Shown here piece by piece: positions 8,680 to 18,851 of a DNA stretch of 64,000 nucleotides (position 1 is the first letter of the stretch; each line of letters starts with the position of its first letter). Origin of the DNA: Thermoplasmatota archaeon (GTDB taxonomy: Archaea; Thermoplasmatota; E2; JACPAO01; JAHFTW01). The position numbers and the translations under genes are program-made. The notes under the pieces are model-generated. The model was not told the origin of the DNA and searched no databases. It saw only the letters and a list, made by a program, of their open reading frames with translations. The stretch lies in assembly GCA_041601615.1 (NCBI GenBank), contig JBFIHX010000003.1, forward strand, positions 1-64,000. The letters are read 5' to 3'.

Positions 8680-10101
8680 ATGGCACGCGTCGACAGCTGG
8701 GACCTTCAGGAACTCGTCGAAGAAGCGCGCACCATCGAGCTACCCGGCTGGAAAGCCACAACGCTTGCCAAGCTCGCCACACGCGCCCACCCCCGCGACG
8801 CCGCCCAGATCTGGGAAGAAATCCGCGCCCTCCTCAAACAAATCAACCGCCCAAGCCGCCTTGCCGAAGTGCTCGCCGATCTTTTGAAGCTCGCCGACGA
8901 CCGCGTCCGCGCCCCCATCGTCGCCGAAGGCATCCGCCTCCTTGAAGCACAACCCGACGGCGAATGGACTGCCGCCTGCATTGCCGTCCTCGCCACCCAC
9001 GCCGACGGCACCGGCCGCCGCACCCTCCTTGCCCGCGCCCTACGCACCCCCGGCTTCGAAATCGAATGCGCACGCTCCGTCCTGCGCGCCGCCAGCCGCG
9101 CCGAAGTGCCCCACCTGCGCGCCACCATCGAAGGCATCCAAGACGCAGCCCTGCGCGCCCGCCTCCTCGGTTTTTTGGCCGCTCACAGCGACGCCGCAGC
9201 CGCCGCCTGGGCCATCGAAGACGCACCAGCCCGCGCCGAAGCCCTGCGCGTCCTCGCCTACCAAGCGCCCGCGACCGAACTCGACGCACTTGCCGCCAGC
9301 ACGGAAGGACGCGCCCCCGCCGACTCCGCCCGATTCCTATCCCAACTCGGAGCCCGCGCCGACAAACTACGCGACGCGCCCCGCACCCGAGAACTCCTAG
9401 CCCAGGCACTTACCGCCGCCAAGACCGTAGACGACCCCAAACAACGCGCAAAAGTCGCCGGAAAGCTCGCCCAAGCCCTCGAACGCGCCGACCTCGACCC
9501 CACCGAAGCCCTCGCCCTCGCAGAATCCACGCCCGAGGAAGCCGACGAAGGCCCCCGCGCCGCACCCACACAAGTCGTCGTGCGCGGTGGCAGCAAAGGC
9601 ACCGGCCGCCACACACTCGCCCTCGTAGACGGCTACAGCGGCGGCCTGCGCGCCCCCCACCTGCGCGCCATCGCCCGCGCCGCCCCTCTCTGCGTTGCCT
9701 TCGACCTCGACCTCGTACTCATGGGATTCCCAAGCGACGACGCCCAAGCGCTCGTTGCCGCCACCACCGCCGAAACCAACATCGGAGAAGGAGCCCGGTA
9801 CGCCGCCGAACTACTGGCCGAGGGACGCCTGAGCCTAGCCGGCATCAAAGACATGGACTGGGACCGCCTCGGAACCCCCGTGGCCACCACGCCGCACCCC
9901 GTCGCCGACCGCATCGTCACCGACCTCGCCGCCGTCCCCGCCCCCATCTGCCTGCTCGTCGGACTCGGACGCCAAGGCCTGCCCAAATTCCTCCTCAACA
10001 CCTCCGGCCACCACTACGAACTGACCGGACGCGGCATCAGCCTCGAAACCGCGACCGCGATGGGCATCCTGGCGGAGCGGCTGGGGCGCATCTCCGCCTA
10101 A
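8680..10101 (+). CDS. DUF531 (SPOUT-like) protein with long N-terminal helical region
   Basis: HLRAIARAAPLCVAFDLDLVLMGFP, ATTPHP, GLGRQGLP, ISLETATAMG. Confidence 0.75.
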   Translation: MARVDSWDLQELVEEARTIELPGWKATTLAKLATRAHPRDAAQIWEEIRALLKQINRPSRLAEVLADLLKLADDRVRAPIVAEGIRLLEAQPDGEWTAACIAVLATHADGTGRRTLLARALRTPGFEIECARSVLRAASRAEVPHLRATIEGIQDAALRARLLGFLAAHSDAAAAAWAIEDAPARAEALRVLAYQAPATELDALAASTEGRAPADSARFLSQLGARADKLRDAPRTRELLAQALTAAKTVDDPKQRAKVAGKLAQALERADLDPTEALALAESTPEEADEGPRAAPTQVVVRGGSKGTGRHTLALVDGYSGGLRAPHLRAIARAAPLCVAFDLDLVLMGFPSDDAQALVAATTAETNIGEGARYAAELLAEGRLSLAGIKDMDWDRLGTPVATTPHPVADRIVTDLAAVPAPICLLVGLGRQGLPKFLLNTSGHHYELTGRGISLETATAMGILAERLGRISA

Positions 10102-10164
10102 TTCGGCCCAGAACCATCGCCTACTGACCGATACGACCAAAGCGAACGGGGTCCATGGGCATTC

Positions 10165-10377
10165 GTGAAGGAATTTCCCGCCTGCCCCCGCTGCGCCAGC
10201 ATCAACCTACGCATGCCGGGAATCCGCGACGGCACCGTGTACTACTGGCAAAACCTCTCCGAGTACGCCTGCGAGGACTGCGAACTGCGTGCAGTCCCCC
10301 TCTGGTTCGAAGACCTCGAAGCGTTCCAAGAATTCCGGGACGAAAAAATCCGCGAACGGGCGAGTGCAAAGCCTTGA
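10165..10377 (+). CDS. small zinc-ribbon protein
   Basis: CPRC...CEDC; GTG start. Confidence 0.7.
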   Translation: MKEFPACPRCASINLRMPGIRDGTVYYWQNLSEYACEDCELRAVPLWFEDLEAFQEFRDEKIRERASAKP

Positions 10378-10574
10378 TCGAACTCCAAACCTGCCCCCGC
10401 TGCGGCAGCCACGACCTACGCATCCCAGCACTCGGCGAAGACGCCATTCCCGAAACCGGCCACTTTGCCGAATGGACCTGCGGTGACTGCGGGCTCAGCA
10501 CCAATCCCCTAGCAGTCCACGACGACGCCGCCTACCGCTCGTTCGTGCAAGCGTACACAGACTCAGATTCCTGA
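10374..10574 (+). CDS. small zinc-ribbon protein, paralog of the upstream gene
   Basis: TTG start overlapping TGA; CPRCGS...CGDCG. Confidence 0.7.
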   Translation: MIELQTCPRCGSHDLRIPALGEDAIPETGHFAEWTCGDCGLSTNPLAVHDDAAYRSFVQAYTDSDS

Positions 10575-10575
10575 T

Positions 10576-11058
10576 CTACGTGACCGTGAAGGTGCCCACC
10601 ATGCCATTGTCCCGGTGGCCCGGAATCGAGCAATAGAACGTGTACTCGCCCGGCACCGACGGCGCCGTAAACGTCACACTGGACGATTGACCATTGCCAA
10701 CACTCGCCGTCTGCGCCGTCTCCTCAAAGCCCTCCAAGGCCCAATCATGGTTCACGACCGGATTGATGTCGTCGTTGGTGAACGTCAGAGTCACAATGGT
10801 GCCTGCCGCAACCGACAACGACGAAGGCTGGTACGCGATGTTGACAGGATATGCGCCTTCCAAAGACACCGAAAACGTCACCTCCTCTGGAGGCGGCGTC
10901 ACGGTGCCATTGCCACCGCCATTCCCGCCACCATTACCGGCCCCATTCCCACCGCCCGTTCCATTGCCATTCGGGTCCCCATCACCGTTGCCGCCACCAT
11001 CGGAGCAACCGGCCAGCGAAACCATCAGCGATACGACCAAAACCTGCACCAGGCGCAT
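10576..11058 (-). CDS. cupredoxin (halocyanin/plastocyanin-like) lipoprotein
   Basis: Lipobox SLAGC, Gly/Asn linker, NHD...YCSIPGHRDNGMVG type-1 copper ligands. Confidence 0.88.
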   Translation of the reverse strand: MRLVQVLVVSLMVSLAGCSDGGGNGDGDPNGNGTGGGNGAGNGGGNGGGNGTVTPPPEEVTFSVSLEGAYPVNIAYQPSSLSVAAGTIVTLTFTNDDINPVVNHDWALEGFEETAQTASVGNGQSSSVTFTAPSVPGEYTFYCSIPGHRDNGMVGTFTVT

Positions 11059-11189
11059 GGAAATTGATACAACAACTCGAATGGAAAGCCCTTGCGTCCA
11101 GGGGTGGCGGGGACAGCGAGGTGTGCTGCTGGATGCGACCGTGCTTTTTATCCATCAGTCAGCCTCCGCACTCCCGTCGAGGGGCCTTG

Positions 11190-11582
11190 ATGTACCAACT
11201 TCGAGAAGGCCAGATCGCCTACATCTTGCACCGTGTCAGCGGTGTCGCGGTGATTCTGTTCCTGTTCGTTCATATCGTAGAGAACTTCTTCCTATTGATG
11301 GGGGAGGAGGCATACAACCAAGCCATCGGAATCTACCACACCTGGTACTTCCGCATCGGTGAAGTTGCACTGATCGCCGCCGTGGTCTACCACGCCCTGA
11401 ATGGCACCCGCATCGTCGCGGTGGACTTCTGGCAAGGCTCCACGAAATACCAGAAGCAAATGTGGTACGCCGTGATGATCATCACCGCTGCCATCATGCT
11501 CTGGATCGCCAAGATCATGCTCCTGGACTACCCCTGCTGGTTCTGGATGGACACCGCCGCTGTGGAGGCCTGCCACGCATGA
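11190..11582 (+). CDS. sdhC: succinate dehydrogenase cytochrome b556 subunit
   Basis: LHRVSG, FVHI, YHALNGTR; first gene of the sdh operon. Confidence 0.9.
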   Translation: MYQLREGQIAYILHRVSGVAVILFLFVHIVENFFLLMGEEAYNQAIGIYHTWYFRIGEVALIAAVVYHALNGTRIVAVDFWQGSTKYQKQMWYAVMIITAAIMLWIAKIMLLDYPCWFWMDTAAVEACHA

Positions 11583-11974
11583 GCAAAGATTTCGTCTCCT
11601 CCAGCGCCAAACCCATCGGCGGTTCGCGCCAAGAGGTCTTCTACTGGTACTACGCCCGCATCAGCGGCCTCGCGCTGGTCTTCCTGGCGTTCTTCCACCT
11701 GTACCTCAACCACATTCGCACGGATGTTGGCGAACTGGAATACAGCCTCGTCATCAGCCGCCTCACGGAGTTCCCACTCCTGCGCATCGCCGACTTCCTG
11801 CTGCTCTTTTTGGGTCTCAGCCACGGTGTGCTCGGCATCAAGAACCTCATCGACGACCACGCACACAAACCCAGCGAGCGCCTCTTCTGGCTGACCTTGC
11901 TGTATGTCGTGTTCAGCGTCTTCTTGGTCGCCGGAACCGCCGTCCTTTGGACCCTACCCCTGGGGGCCAACTGA
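11579..11974 (+). CDS. sdhD: succinate dehydrogenase membrane anchor subunit
   Basis: RISGL...FFHL, SHGVLG; three TM segments. Confidence 0.88.
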   Translation: MSKDFVSSSAKPIGGSRQEVFYWYYARISGLALVFLAFFHLYLNHIRTDVGELEYSLVISRLTEFPLLRIADFLLLFLGLSHGVLGIKNLIDDHAHKPSERLFWLTLLYVVFSVFLVAGTAVLWTLPLGAN

Positions 11975-13756
11975 ATGACCTACCACAAGTTTGACGCCGT
12001 CATCGTCGGCGCCGGCGGCGCCGGCCTCATGGCAGCCCTAGAACTCGCCAAGCACAAGGACCTCGACGTGGCGGTGCTGAGCAAACTCTACCCCGTCCGC
12101 AGCCACACCGGTGCCGCACAGGGCGGCATCTCCGCGAGCCTGGGCAACGTCAACCCGGACGACTGGGAAAACCACGCCTTTGACACCGTCAAGGGCAGCG
12201 ACTACCTAGGCGACCAAGACGCCATCGAAATCATGTGCAAGGACGCCGTCGACACGGTGATCCACCTCGAACACCTGGGTCTCCCCTTCGACCGCACCCC
12301 CGAAGGCAAGATCAGCCAACGGAAATTCGGCGGCCACACCGGACGCGGCCCCGTTGATCCCTACAAGAACCGCCCAAGCGTCGAACGCGCCTGCAACTCG
12401 GCCGACCGCACTGGCCACGCCATGCTGCACACGCTCTACCAACAGTGCATCCAGCACGGTGTTCGGTTCTTCAACGAATACCAGGTCATGGACCTCATCG
12501 ATGGCGACATGGAAGACGGCAGCAAAGCTGTCGCCGGCTGCATCGCCTACAAAATCGACGACGGCACCATGCACACCTTCCACGCCAAGGCCGTGATGTT
12601 CGCCACCGGCGGCTACGGACGCGCCTGGAAGGTCACCTCGAACGCCCACGCGCTCACCGGAGACGGCGTCGGCATCGCCATGCGCCACGGCATTCCGATC
12701 GAGGACCCGGAATTCTACCAATTCCACCCCACCGGCCTCTGGCGCATCGGCGTCCTCGTCTCCGAGGCCGTACGCGGCGAAGGCGGCATCCTGCGCAACT
12801 CCGACGGCGAGGCCTTCATGGCTCGCTACGCACCAACCGTCAAGGACCTCGCCAGCCGCGACGTCGTCAGCCGCGCCATCTACACCGAGATCCGCGCCGG
12901 CAAAGGCATCGGGCCCAAGGGCGACCAATACGTCCACCTGGACATCACCCACCTGGACCCCAAAATCATCGACGAAAAGCTCCCCGAGGTCACCGGCTTT
13001 GCCCGCACCTACCTCGGCGTCGAGCCCAAAACCGAGCCGATTCCGGTGGCTCCCACGGCGCACTATGCCATGGGCGGCATTCCGACCAACATCGACGGCA
13101 ACGTCGTCTACGACGCCAAAAACACGCCCGTACACGGCTTCTTTGCCGCCGGCGAATCCGCCTGCGTCTCCGTCCACGGCGCCAACCGCCTTGGCACCAA
13201 CAGCTTGCTGGACATCGTCGTCTTCGGCCGCCGCGGCGGCAAGAAAATGGCAGAGTTCTGCAAGAAAACCGACTTCATGCCCCTGCACGGCGAACCCTCG
13301 GAACTGGAAGCGCAAGTCGCCGCCAGCATCGAGGCCCTCAAGGCTGGCAGCGGCAAGGAACGCGTCTCGGACCTTCGCGACGAAATGCAGAAGGAAATGA
13401 TGGACCTCTGCGGCGTCTACCGCACCAAGGAAAGTCTGACCCAGTGCAAGAGCGTCATCGCAAACCTGCGCCGCCGCTACAAGGACGTGGCCGTCAGCGA
13501 CGGCGGCACCCTGTTCAACACCGAACTGCTCGAAGCAATGGAACTCGGCTACCTCCTGGACATCAGCGCCGCCGTGGTCGAATCTGCCCTCGCCCGCGAA
13601 GAAAGCCGTGGCGGCCACGCCCGCGACGACTTCCCCAAGCGCGACGACGAAAAGTTCCTGCAACACACCCTCGCAAGCCTCGACGGCGACGGCGTTGCCC
13701 TCGACTACAAGCCCGTGGTCATCACCCGGTACCAACCCATGGAGCGTGTCTACTAA
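11975..13756 (+). CDS. sdhA: succinate dehydrogenase flavoprotein subunit
   Basis: [16 protein letters not shown] (covalent FAD His), QFHPTG, HGANRLG, ESRGGH. Confidence 0.97.
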   Translation: MTYHKFDAVIVGAGGAGLMAALELAKHKDLDVAVLSKLYPVRSHTGAAQGGISASLGNVNPDDWENHAFDTVKGSDYLGDQDAIEIMCKDAVDTVIHLEHLGLPFDRTPEGKISQRKFGGHTGRGPVDPYKNRPSVERACNSADRTGHAMLHTLYQQCIQHGVRFFNEYQVMDLIDGDMEDGSKAVAGCIAYKIDDGTMHTFHAKAVMFATGGYGRAWKVTSNAHALTGDGVGIAMRHGIPIEDPEFYQFHPTGLWRIGVLVSEAVRGEGGILRNSDGEAFMARYAPTVKDLASRDVVSRAIYTEIRAGKGIGPKGDQYVHLDITHLDPKIIDEKLPEVTGFARTYLGVEPKTEPIPVAPTAHYAMGGIPTNIDGNVVYDAKNTPVHGFFAAGESACVSVHGANRLGTNSLLDIVVFGRRGGKKMAEFCKKTDFMPLHGEPSELEAQVAASIEALKAGSGKERVSDLRDEMQKEMMDLCGVYRTKESLTQCKSVIANLRRRYKDVAVSDGGTLFNTELLEAMELGYLLDISAAVVESALAREESRGGHARDDFPKRDDEKFLQHTLASLDGDGVALDYKPVVITRYQPMERVY

Positions 13757-14472
13757 TGTCCACAGTCACCCTGCGCATCGCCCGCTTCGACCCCCAGAAG
13801 GGCGACACCAAGGCGCACTTCGAAACGCACAGTCTCGATGACGTCTTGCCCACGGACCGCGTCCTCGATCTTCTCAACCGCGTCAAGTGGGAGCAAGATG
13901 GCAGCCTCGTGTACCGCCGCAGCTGCGCCCATGGAATCTGCGGAAGCGACGCCATGGTCATCAACGGCAAAAACCGCCTAGCTTGCAAGATTCTTGCCAA
14001 GGATTTGCCCACCACCATCACCGTGGAACCGCTCAAGGGCTTGCCCGTAAAGCGCGACCTCGTGGTGGACATGGACCCGTTCTTTGCCAGCTACGAGAGT
14101 GTCATGCCGTTCCAAGTCGTCTCGCACGAACCAAGTGGCCGTGAACGCATCCAGAGTCACGAAGACCAGCAGAAAATCGACGACCAGGCCAAATGCATCC
14201 TTTGTGCGATCTGTACGACGAGCTGCCCCAGTTTCTGGGCCAACGACAAATTCGTCGGTCCCGCCGCCATCGTGCAAGCCAGCCGGTTTTTGTTCGACAC
14301 CCGCGACGAGGGCAACGATGAGCGCCTCAAGCGACTCAACGAGTACACCGGCGTATGGCGTTGCAGGACTATTTTTAACTGCGTTGAGGCCTGCCCCCAG
14401 GGAATTGACATCACAAAACACATTGGAAATGTCAAAAAGGCGCTCCTTCATGGACAAACGAATTTCATCTAA
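13756..14472 (+). CDS. sdhB: succinate dehydrogenase iron-sulfur subunit
   Basis: SCAHGICGSD, CILCAICTTSCP, WRCRTIFNCVEACP. Confidence 0.96.
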   Translation: MSTVTLRIARFDPQKGDTKAHFETHSLDDVLPTDRVLDLLNRVKWEQDGSLVYRRSCAHGICGSDAMVINGKNRLACKILAKDLPTTITVEPLKGLPVKRDLVVDMDPFFASYESVMPFQVVSHEPSGRERIQSHEDQQKIDDQAKCILCAICTTSCPSFWANDKFVGPAAIVQASRFLFDTRDEGNDERLKRLNEYTGVWRCRTIFNCVEACPQGIDITKHIGNVKKALLHGQTNFI

Positions 14473-14700
14473 AACTAAGGGTTCCAGTTAAATATAACGT
14501 TCACCCACAGTGATTATTTCTCCCCCTATTTCCATAAATATATTGTTCATAATAATAACTATGAATCCAATTCTCGGAATCACCCGCCAATAATTCACAA
14601 TTCCTAGATGATTTACTTGTAATTTTGATTAATAAATTAATATCATAAGAATTATATTATTACAAAGCCCCAACATTTATTTCAGCCACTGCGCTCCCTT
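14473..14700. promoter_or_regulatory. strongly AT-rich intergenic tract with short inverted repeats
   Basis: TTCATA-N8-TATGAA (14546-14565), GTTA-N4-TAAC, ATTAATAAATTAAT. Confidence 0.5.
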
Positions 14701-14706
14701 GCTGCG

Positions 14707-16578
14707 GTGGACACAGGGCGCTGGATACGGCTTCTGTTGGTGGTACTGTGCGTACTTCCCAGCGTCGGCGCCGCCGAATCCGTCCACGGACACATCGAAC
14801 ACCACGGAGCCACAACCCTCCAAGGCAACGTGCAGATGCACACACAAGCATCCGTGTTCTGGCGCGAACCCACGGCACTCGAACCCTGGGCCGTCCAGAT
14901 GGACCTCGACAACGCCGTCGCCCGCCTCTACAACACCCCAACCCACCGCATCACCCAACCACTATCCCCCGAAGATTCGATTGCCAATACCTACACCACC
15001 GCACCCGAACAATACGAAGTCTGGAACCAAACCACCACGACCCTGACCGCAACCAGCAACGGCGGCGCCTTCCGAACATTCCCATTACACCCCTCCGCAG
15101 GCACCTTTGAACTTGCCACCACACTCGTAGAACTGTCCGCACCCGCCCCAACACCCACCATGGTCGAAGATTCGGCCCTAGGATTCGCAGACCGAATCGG
15201 CGGAATCCGAGTCCGACCCATCGGCACCCACGCCGCCATCACCACACCCCACTGGCCCACGCAGGAACTCAATGGCCAATTCGTAACCTTCGTACTCGCA
15301 GACCAACTGGAACTCGACGGCAAAACCGTCCGCACAGGCACCTTCCTCAACCACCAAAAAAGCATCATCGACCCAGTCACTGGAAACGGCCTGTACGTCT
15401 ACGACAACCTCGTCCTCGCCATCGAATTTCAAACCGCACAAATCCACGTCAGCCAAGGTCCTGGGTGGAGCTTGGCAAGCACAACCATGTCCGGATCGGT
15501 GGACGGCGAAGCCACATGGCGCGACGTGGCCACCGCCATCGAAGCCGGCGGCCAAGAACTTCCCCGCGACCAACACATCCTGACCATGCAAGGCACGATC
15601 GGATTCAACGCCACCCTGCAAGGCAGCCGCACCGTCTGGGACGTAGAAGGAACAGCCGCAACCATCCTTGTCGACACCATCCCCATCCTAGACGCGACCA
15701 TCATCGGAGCCACCACCGCCGGCCTGCTTGCCCTACTCCTACTCGCACTCACCGAACCCGGCCGCAACCTCCTAGCCACCCTCATAGGCCGCGTCACCCC
15801 CCGCCTCGTCAAGGCACAACCACTGGGCAACTCGAACCGCCGAAAACTGATGCAAATCATCCACGAGCACCAACCCCTTCGCCAAAAAGACCTCGTCGCC
15901 CGCTCCGGCCTCGCCAAAACCACCGTCGCCTACCACCTCCGCGTCCTCTTGGCCCACGACATCCTCCAAACCGCCTGGAGCGGCGACCAACGAGGCTCCG
16001 CCTACATGCTCAACAGCGGCAGCCTCATGTTCCAAAGCCGCGCCCTCTGCGAGGAACACACCGACTCTGAACCCGAAGCAGGACTCCGCCCAGGTGAAGT
16101 GCTCGCCGTCGTCAACGGCCACCCACTGCGCCGCGACTTCTTCGCCGCCATCCAAGAACACGGCCCCCTAGACCTCCCTACATTGCAACGCCACATGGCA
16201 CATCGGCACAGTCCCATTCCCGCCAGCACCGCAAGTCGCCACTTGATCCACCTCGAAAAAATCCGCGCCATCCACTCACAAACCAAAGACCGACGCAAGA
16301 TCTACCAAGCCAACATCGACCCCGCGCAAGCAAGGCGCGAACAATACCTGCGATACCTAGAACACCACGGCCTCACCACCCTCGTGGAGACCCTAGCGCG
16401 CGATGGCCCCTGCGCTCCCCAAGAACTTGCAGAAACCCTTGGCGCCGGGCCCCGCATCGTTTTTCGATCCCTGCGCAAACTCGTCGGACTAGGACTCGTG
16501 GACCAACTACCCGGGAACCGCTATGCCGTTGCAAGCGTCCTGCCCCTGCCTCCAGGGGCAAGGTCAGCCCATGCATAG
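14707..16578 (+). CDS. membrane-anchored transcriptional regulator: signal peptide, extracellular domain, TM helix, tandem winged-HTH domains
   Basis: Hydrophobic N-terminus, TM IIGATTAGLLALLLLAL, HTH-like segments QKDLVARSGLAKTTVAYHLRVL, ASTASRHL, QELAETLG...FRSLRKL. Confidence 0.78.
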   Translation: MDTGRWIRLLLVVLCVLPSVGAAESVHGHIEHHGATTLQGNVQMHTQASVFWREPTALEPWAVQMDLDNAVARLYNTPTHRITQPLSPEDSIANTYTTAPEQYEVWNQTTTTLTATSNGGAFRTFPLHPSAGTFELATTLVELSAPAPTPTMVEDSALGFADRIGGIRVRPIGTHAAITTPHWPTQELNGQFVTFVLADQLELDGKTVRTGTFLNHQKSIIDPVTGNGLYVYDNLVLAIEFQTAQIHVSQGPGWSLASTTMSGSVDGEATWRDVATAIEAGGQELPRDQHILTMQGTIGFNATLQGSRTVWDVEGTAATILVDTIPILDATIIGATTAGLLALLLLALTEPGRNLLATLIGRVTPRLVKAQPLGNSNRRKLMQIIHEHQPLRQKDLVARSGLAKTTVAYHLRVLLAHDILQTAWSGDQRGSAYMLNSGSLMFQSRALCEEHTDSEPEAGLRPGEVLAVVNGHPLRRDFFAAIQEHGPLDLPTLQRHMAHRHSPIPASTASRHLIHLEKIRAIHSQTKDRRKIYQANIDPAQARREQYLRYLEHHGLTTLVETLARDGPCAPQELAETLGAGPRIVFRSLRKLVGLGLVDQLPGNRYAVASVLPLPPGARSAHA

Positions 16579-17320
16579 ACAAATCGCACTCTACCTCGCC
16601 ACCATTGCACTGATGGCCGGGTGCCTGGACATCGGGCCGGGCGCCGGCGAACAAGCGGACCTCAACCTATCGAACCCAGAAATCCAAGAAGAACGAATCT
16701 GGCATGGCGCGTGCGCATCATGGACAGTCCCCGTTTCGATCTCGAAGGAGGCCGCAGCAGCAAAACTTCCACCAGGCTACGAGCCGCACGGCCCCACCCT
16801 AGCAACCCTCCTCCTTGTCGTGGACCAATGTGGGTCGATGACTCGGGGCACCGCCACCCTCGAGCTGGAGCGCTTCCTAGCGTTCACCTGCATTGAACTC
16901 TCCACCACCACCACCACCACCACCACCGTCGGCCACACCGATTGCTACCTCCTGGAATGGTTCACCGACGCGCCACCACTTCTTGCCGACCTCACCGCGC
17001 ACGGGCTACCGGTCCACGAAGCCACCATACTCAGCACCCAATCCACCATCGGCGCACGCATCGAGCTTCGATCGGTCGCGCAACTGCTCCGCCTAACCTC
17101 CGGCGTTCTCGAAGACTTCTCGGACGCAAGCCAACGGAACGTATTGTTGATTTTTGAAGAGCTGCGGGTGTCTCACAGATTCGACCCCTTAGCGCAATCG
17201 TCCCGAGCCGCGACCCTCGTCCAGGCGGAAGGCGGAGCTGCAGCAGAGCTGATGCCCGGTGCTGCATCAGTCACCTTTGCAGCCGTAGATCATGGGTCTC
17301 TCCGGCTCGAACTGATTTGA
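16571..17320 (+). CDS. hypothetical lipoprotein
   Basis: Lipobox LMAGC; overlaps the upstream stop; contains a Thr8 run. Confidence 0.65.
   Translation: MHRQIALYLATIALMAGCLDIGPGAGEQADLNLSNPEIQEERIWHGACASWTVPVSISKEAAAAKLPPGYEPHGPTLATLLLVVDQCGSMTRGTATLELERFLAFTCIELSTTTTTTTTVGHTDCYLLEWFTDAPPLLADLTAHGLPVHEATILSTQSTIGARIELRSVAQLLRLTSGVLEDFSDASQRNVLLIFEELRVSHRFDPLAQSSRAATLVQAEGGAAAELMPGAASVTFAAVDHGSLRLELI
16904..16927 (+). repeat. (ACC)8 in-frame microsatellite (poly-Thr)
   Basis: Read directly from the sequence. Confidence 0.9.
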
Positions 17321-17388
17321 CACCTTCTATCGAACAATTGGGCCCATTCATCGACAACAACGATTTGTAAAACATCATTGCCTCCTCT

Positions 17389-17610
17389 ATGGAGCGCAAA
17401 ATCATTGCCTTCGTTGTTTTAGGCATACTACTGAACCTCGTTTCCGCTGCACAAGCCGAAACGTTCGCCCGCACGCACGAGGAATGTTATGGAAATACAG
17501 AATCAGGCCCATTCGACATCGATCCGGAGCTGGGCCCCGGGCTCGTGGTCGCCGTGACCATCCGCACAGAAAACGGCGGACACCGAGTCAGCACCGGCTG
17601 CATCGTCTGA
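17389..17610 (+). CDS. small secreted protein with two Cys
   Basis: MERKIIAFVVLGILLNLVSAAQA signal peptide; AT-rich TTTGTAAA upstream. Confidence 0.6.
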   Translation: MERKIIAFVVLGILLNLVSAAQAETFARTHEECYGNTESGPFDIDPELGPGLVVAVTIRTENGGHRVSTGCIV

Positions 17611-17726
17611 CGAACGCAACCCCTAAGACCGCTGCATCGTTTTTGGGGACCGCTTGCGCCGGATGCCAACGGCATTCCCATTCCGGGACGAAACATCCCA
17701 TACCTCTCCCCCCTTTTCAGGCACCG

Positions 17727-18206
17727 ATGCAAGGTCCCCTCCTCTTTCCCACACGACCCTCGGGGGAAGACCACACGGTCCGACAATGCATGCTGCGCCA
17801 CATCCTGGACAAACCCGGCGTCAACAAATCCCAGATGTGCATTCGATTCGACATCGCCTGGGGCACCTGTACCTACCACGTTGAGGTACTGGAGCGGACC
17901 CGACGCATCCGCCGCGTCGCCCTCGGCCGACAAGTCCACCTCTTCGGCGCAAGCATCGACTACGTCTCGGCCCAACGTCGATCTGCCCTCCTGCAACCCC
18001 ACGCCCGCGACGTCGTCCTCGCCCTCGGCGCCGACCGCCAATCCTGCGTCAAGGACATCATGGACCGCAGCCACCTCAGCCGAAGACTCGTCACCAACCG
18101 GCTGCGCGAATTGCAGAAAGCAGGCCTCGTCGAATGCTACGGCGACGGCCGCAAACGCTACCGCGCAAGCCCACTCGCCTGCCGACTCGCCCAGGAGATT
18201 CCATGA
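17727..18206 (+). CDS. double winged-HTH transcriptional regulator
   Basis: PGVNKSQM...WGTCTYHVEVLE and LSRRLVTNRLRELQKAGLV. Confidence 0.75.
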   Translation: MQGPLLFPTRPSGEDHTVRQCMLRHILDKPGVNKSQMCIRFDIAWGTCTYHVEVLERTRRIRRVALGRQVHLFGASIDYVSAQRRSALLQPHARDVVLALGADRQSCVKDIMDRSHLSRRLVTNRLRELQKAGLVECYGDGRKRYRASPLACRLAQEIP

Positions 18207-18643
18207 CCCAGGACAAAAACGCCGGCCAAACGCAAGCAAGCATCCTGCACCTCATCCAAGCCCACCCCGGCATCCACAAATCAAGAATCCAACGACGACT
18301 GGGCCTCGGTTGGGGCACCATCTGCTTCCACGCCGACCGCCTCCTAGAAGCCAAAACAATCCACGCCGTATCCGAAGGCGCCCGCGTGCACCTATTTGCC
18401 GGCCCCAGACCCGGCCAAAACGCACGAAGAGCCGTCGCCGTGCAACAACGCCACAGCCGAGAAATCCTCGAACTCCTGCGCCACCGACCCCTCTCCAGCG
18501 TCTCAAGCCTTGCTCGCGCCACCGGGGCCGCACGTCGCACCATACGCATTCGACTCTTGGACCTCCAAAGCGTTGGGTTGGTGCAAGCATCGCAGCCTCC
18601 CTCCGTTCGGTACACGCTCGGACCCGAAGCAAAGCACGACTAG
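18203..18643 (+). CDS. double winged-HTH transcriptional regulator (paralog)
   Basis: HPGIHKSRIQRRLGLGWGTICFH and LARATG...IRLLDLQSVGLV; ATGA overlap. Confidence 0.78.
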   Translation: MTQDKNAGQTQASILHLIQAHPGIHKSRIQRRLGLGWGTICFHADRLLEAKTIHAVSEGARVHLFAGPRPGQNARRAVAVQQRHSREILELLRHRPLSSVSSLARATGAARRTIRIRLLDLQSVGLVQASQPPSVRYTLGPEAKHD

Positions 18644-18851
18644 CTGCCGCCTCGTTCATGGCTGCCGCGTTGAACCAGAACAGCACGGTGCGAAGAAAAT
18701 CCCTGAATCAGCATCCGTCGGGGGGGGGGTCGCAGACACGAGGGGAATCCCCCCATTCAGGCGAAACATAAGCCAAAGCACCACGGCCACAATAGGGCGT
18801 AAGAACGACGCAAGGAATGGAAAGAGAGGGCAAAGAGGAGTCATTCAAGAA

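Noticed and set aside
12445-13755. Arg/Pro-rich N-terminal extension of the 675-aa ORF ending in SdhB
   Set aside because: Alternative frame overlapping sdhA; SdhB starts at ATG 13756
14473-14700. Replication origin
   Set aside because: AT-rich, but no cdc6/orc1 gene or ORB-like repeats; kept only as a regulatory candidate
18720-18729. G10 homopolymer as a phase-variation switch
   Set aside because: Lies between convergent gene ends, not in a promoter or CDS
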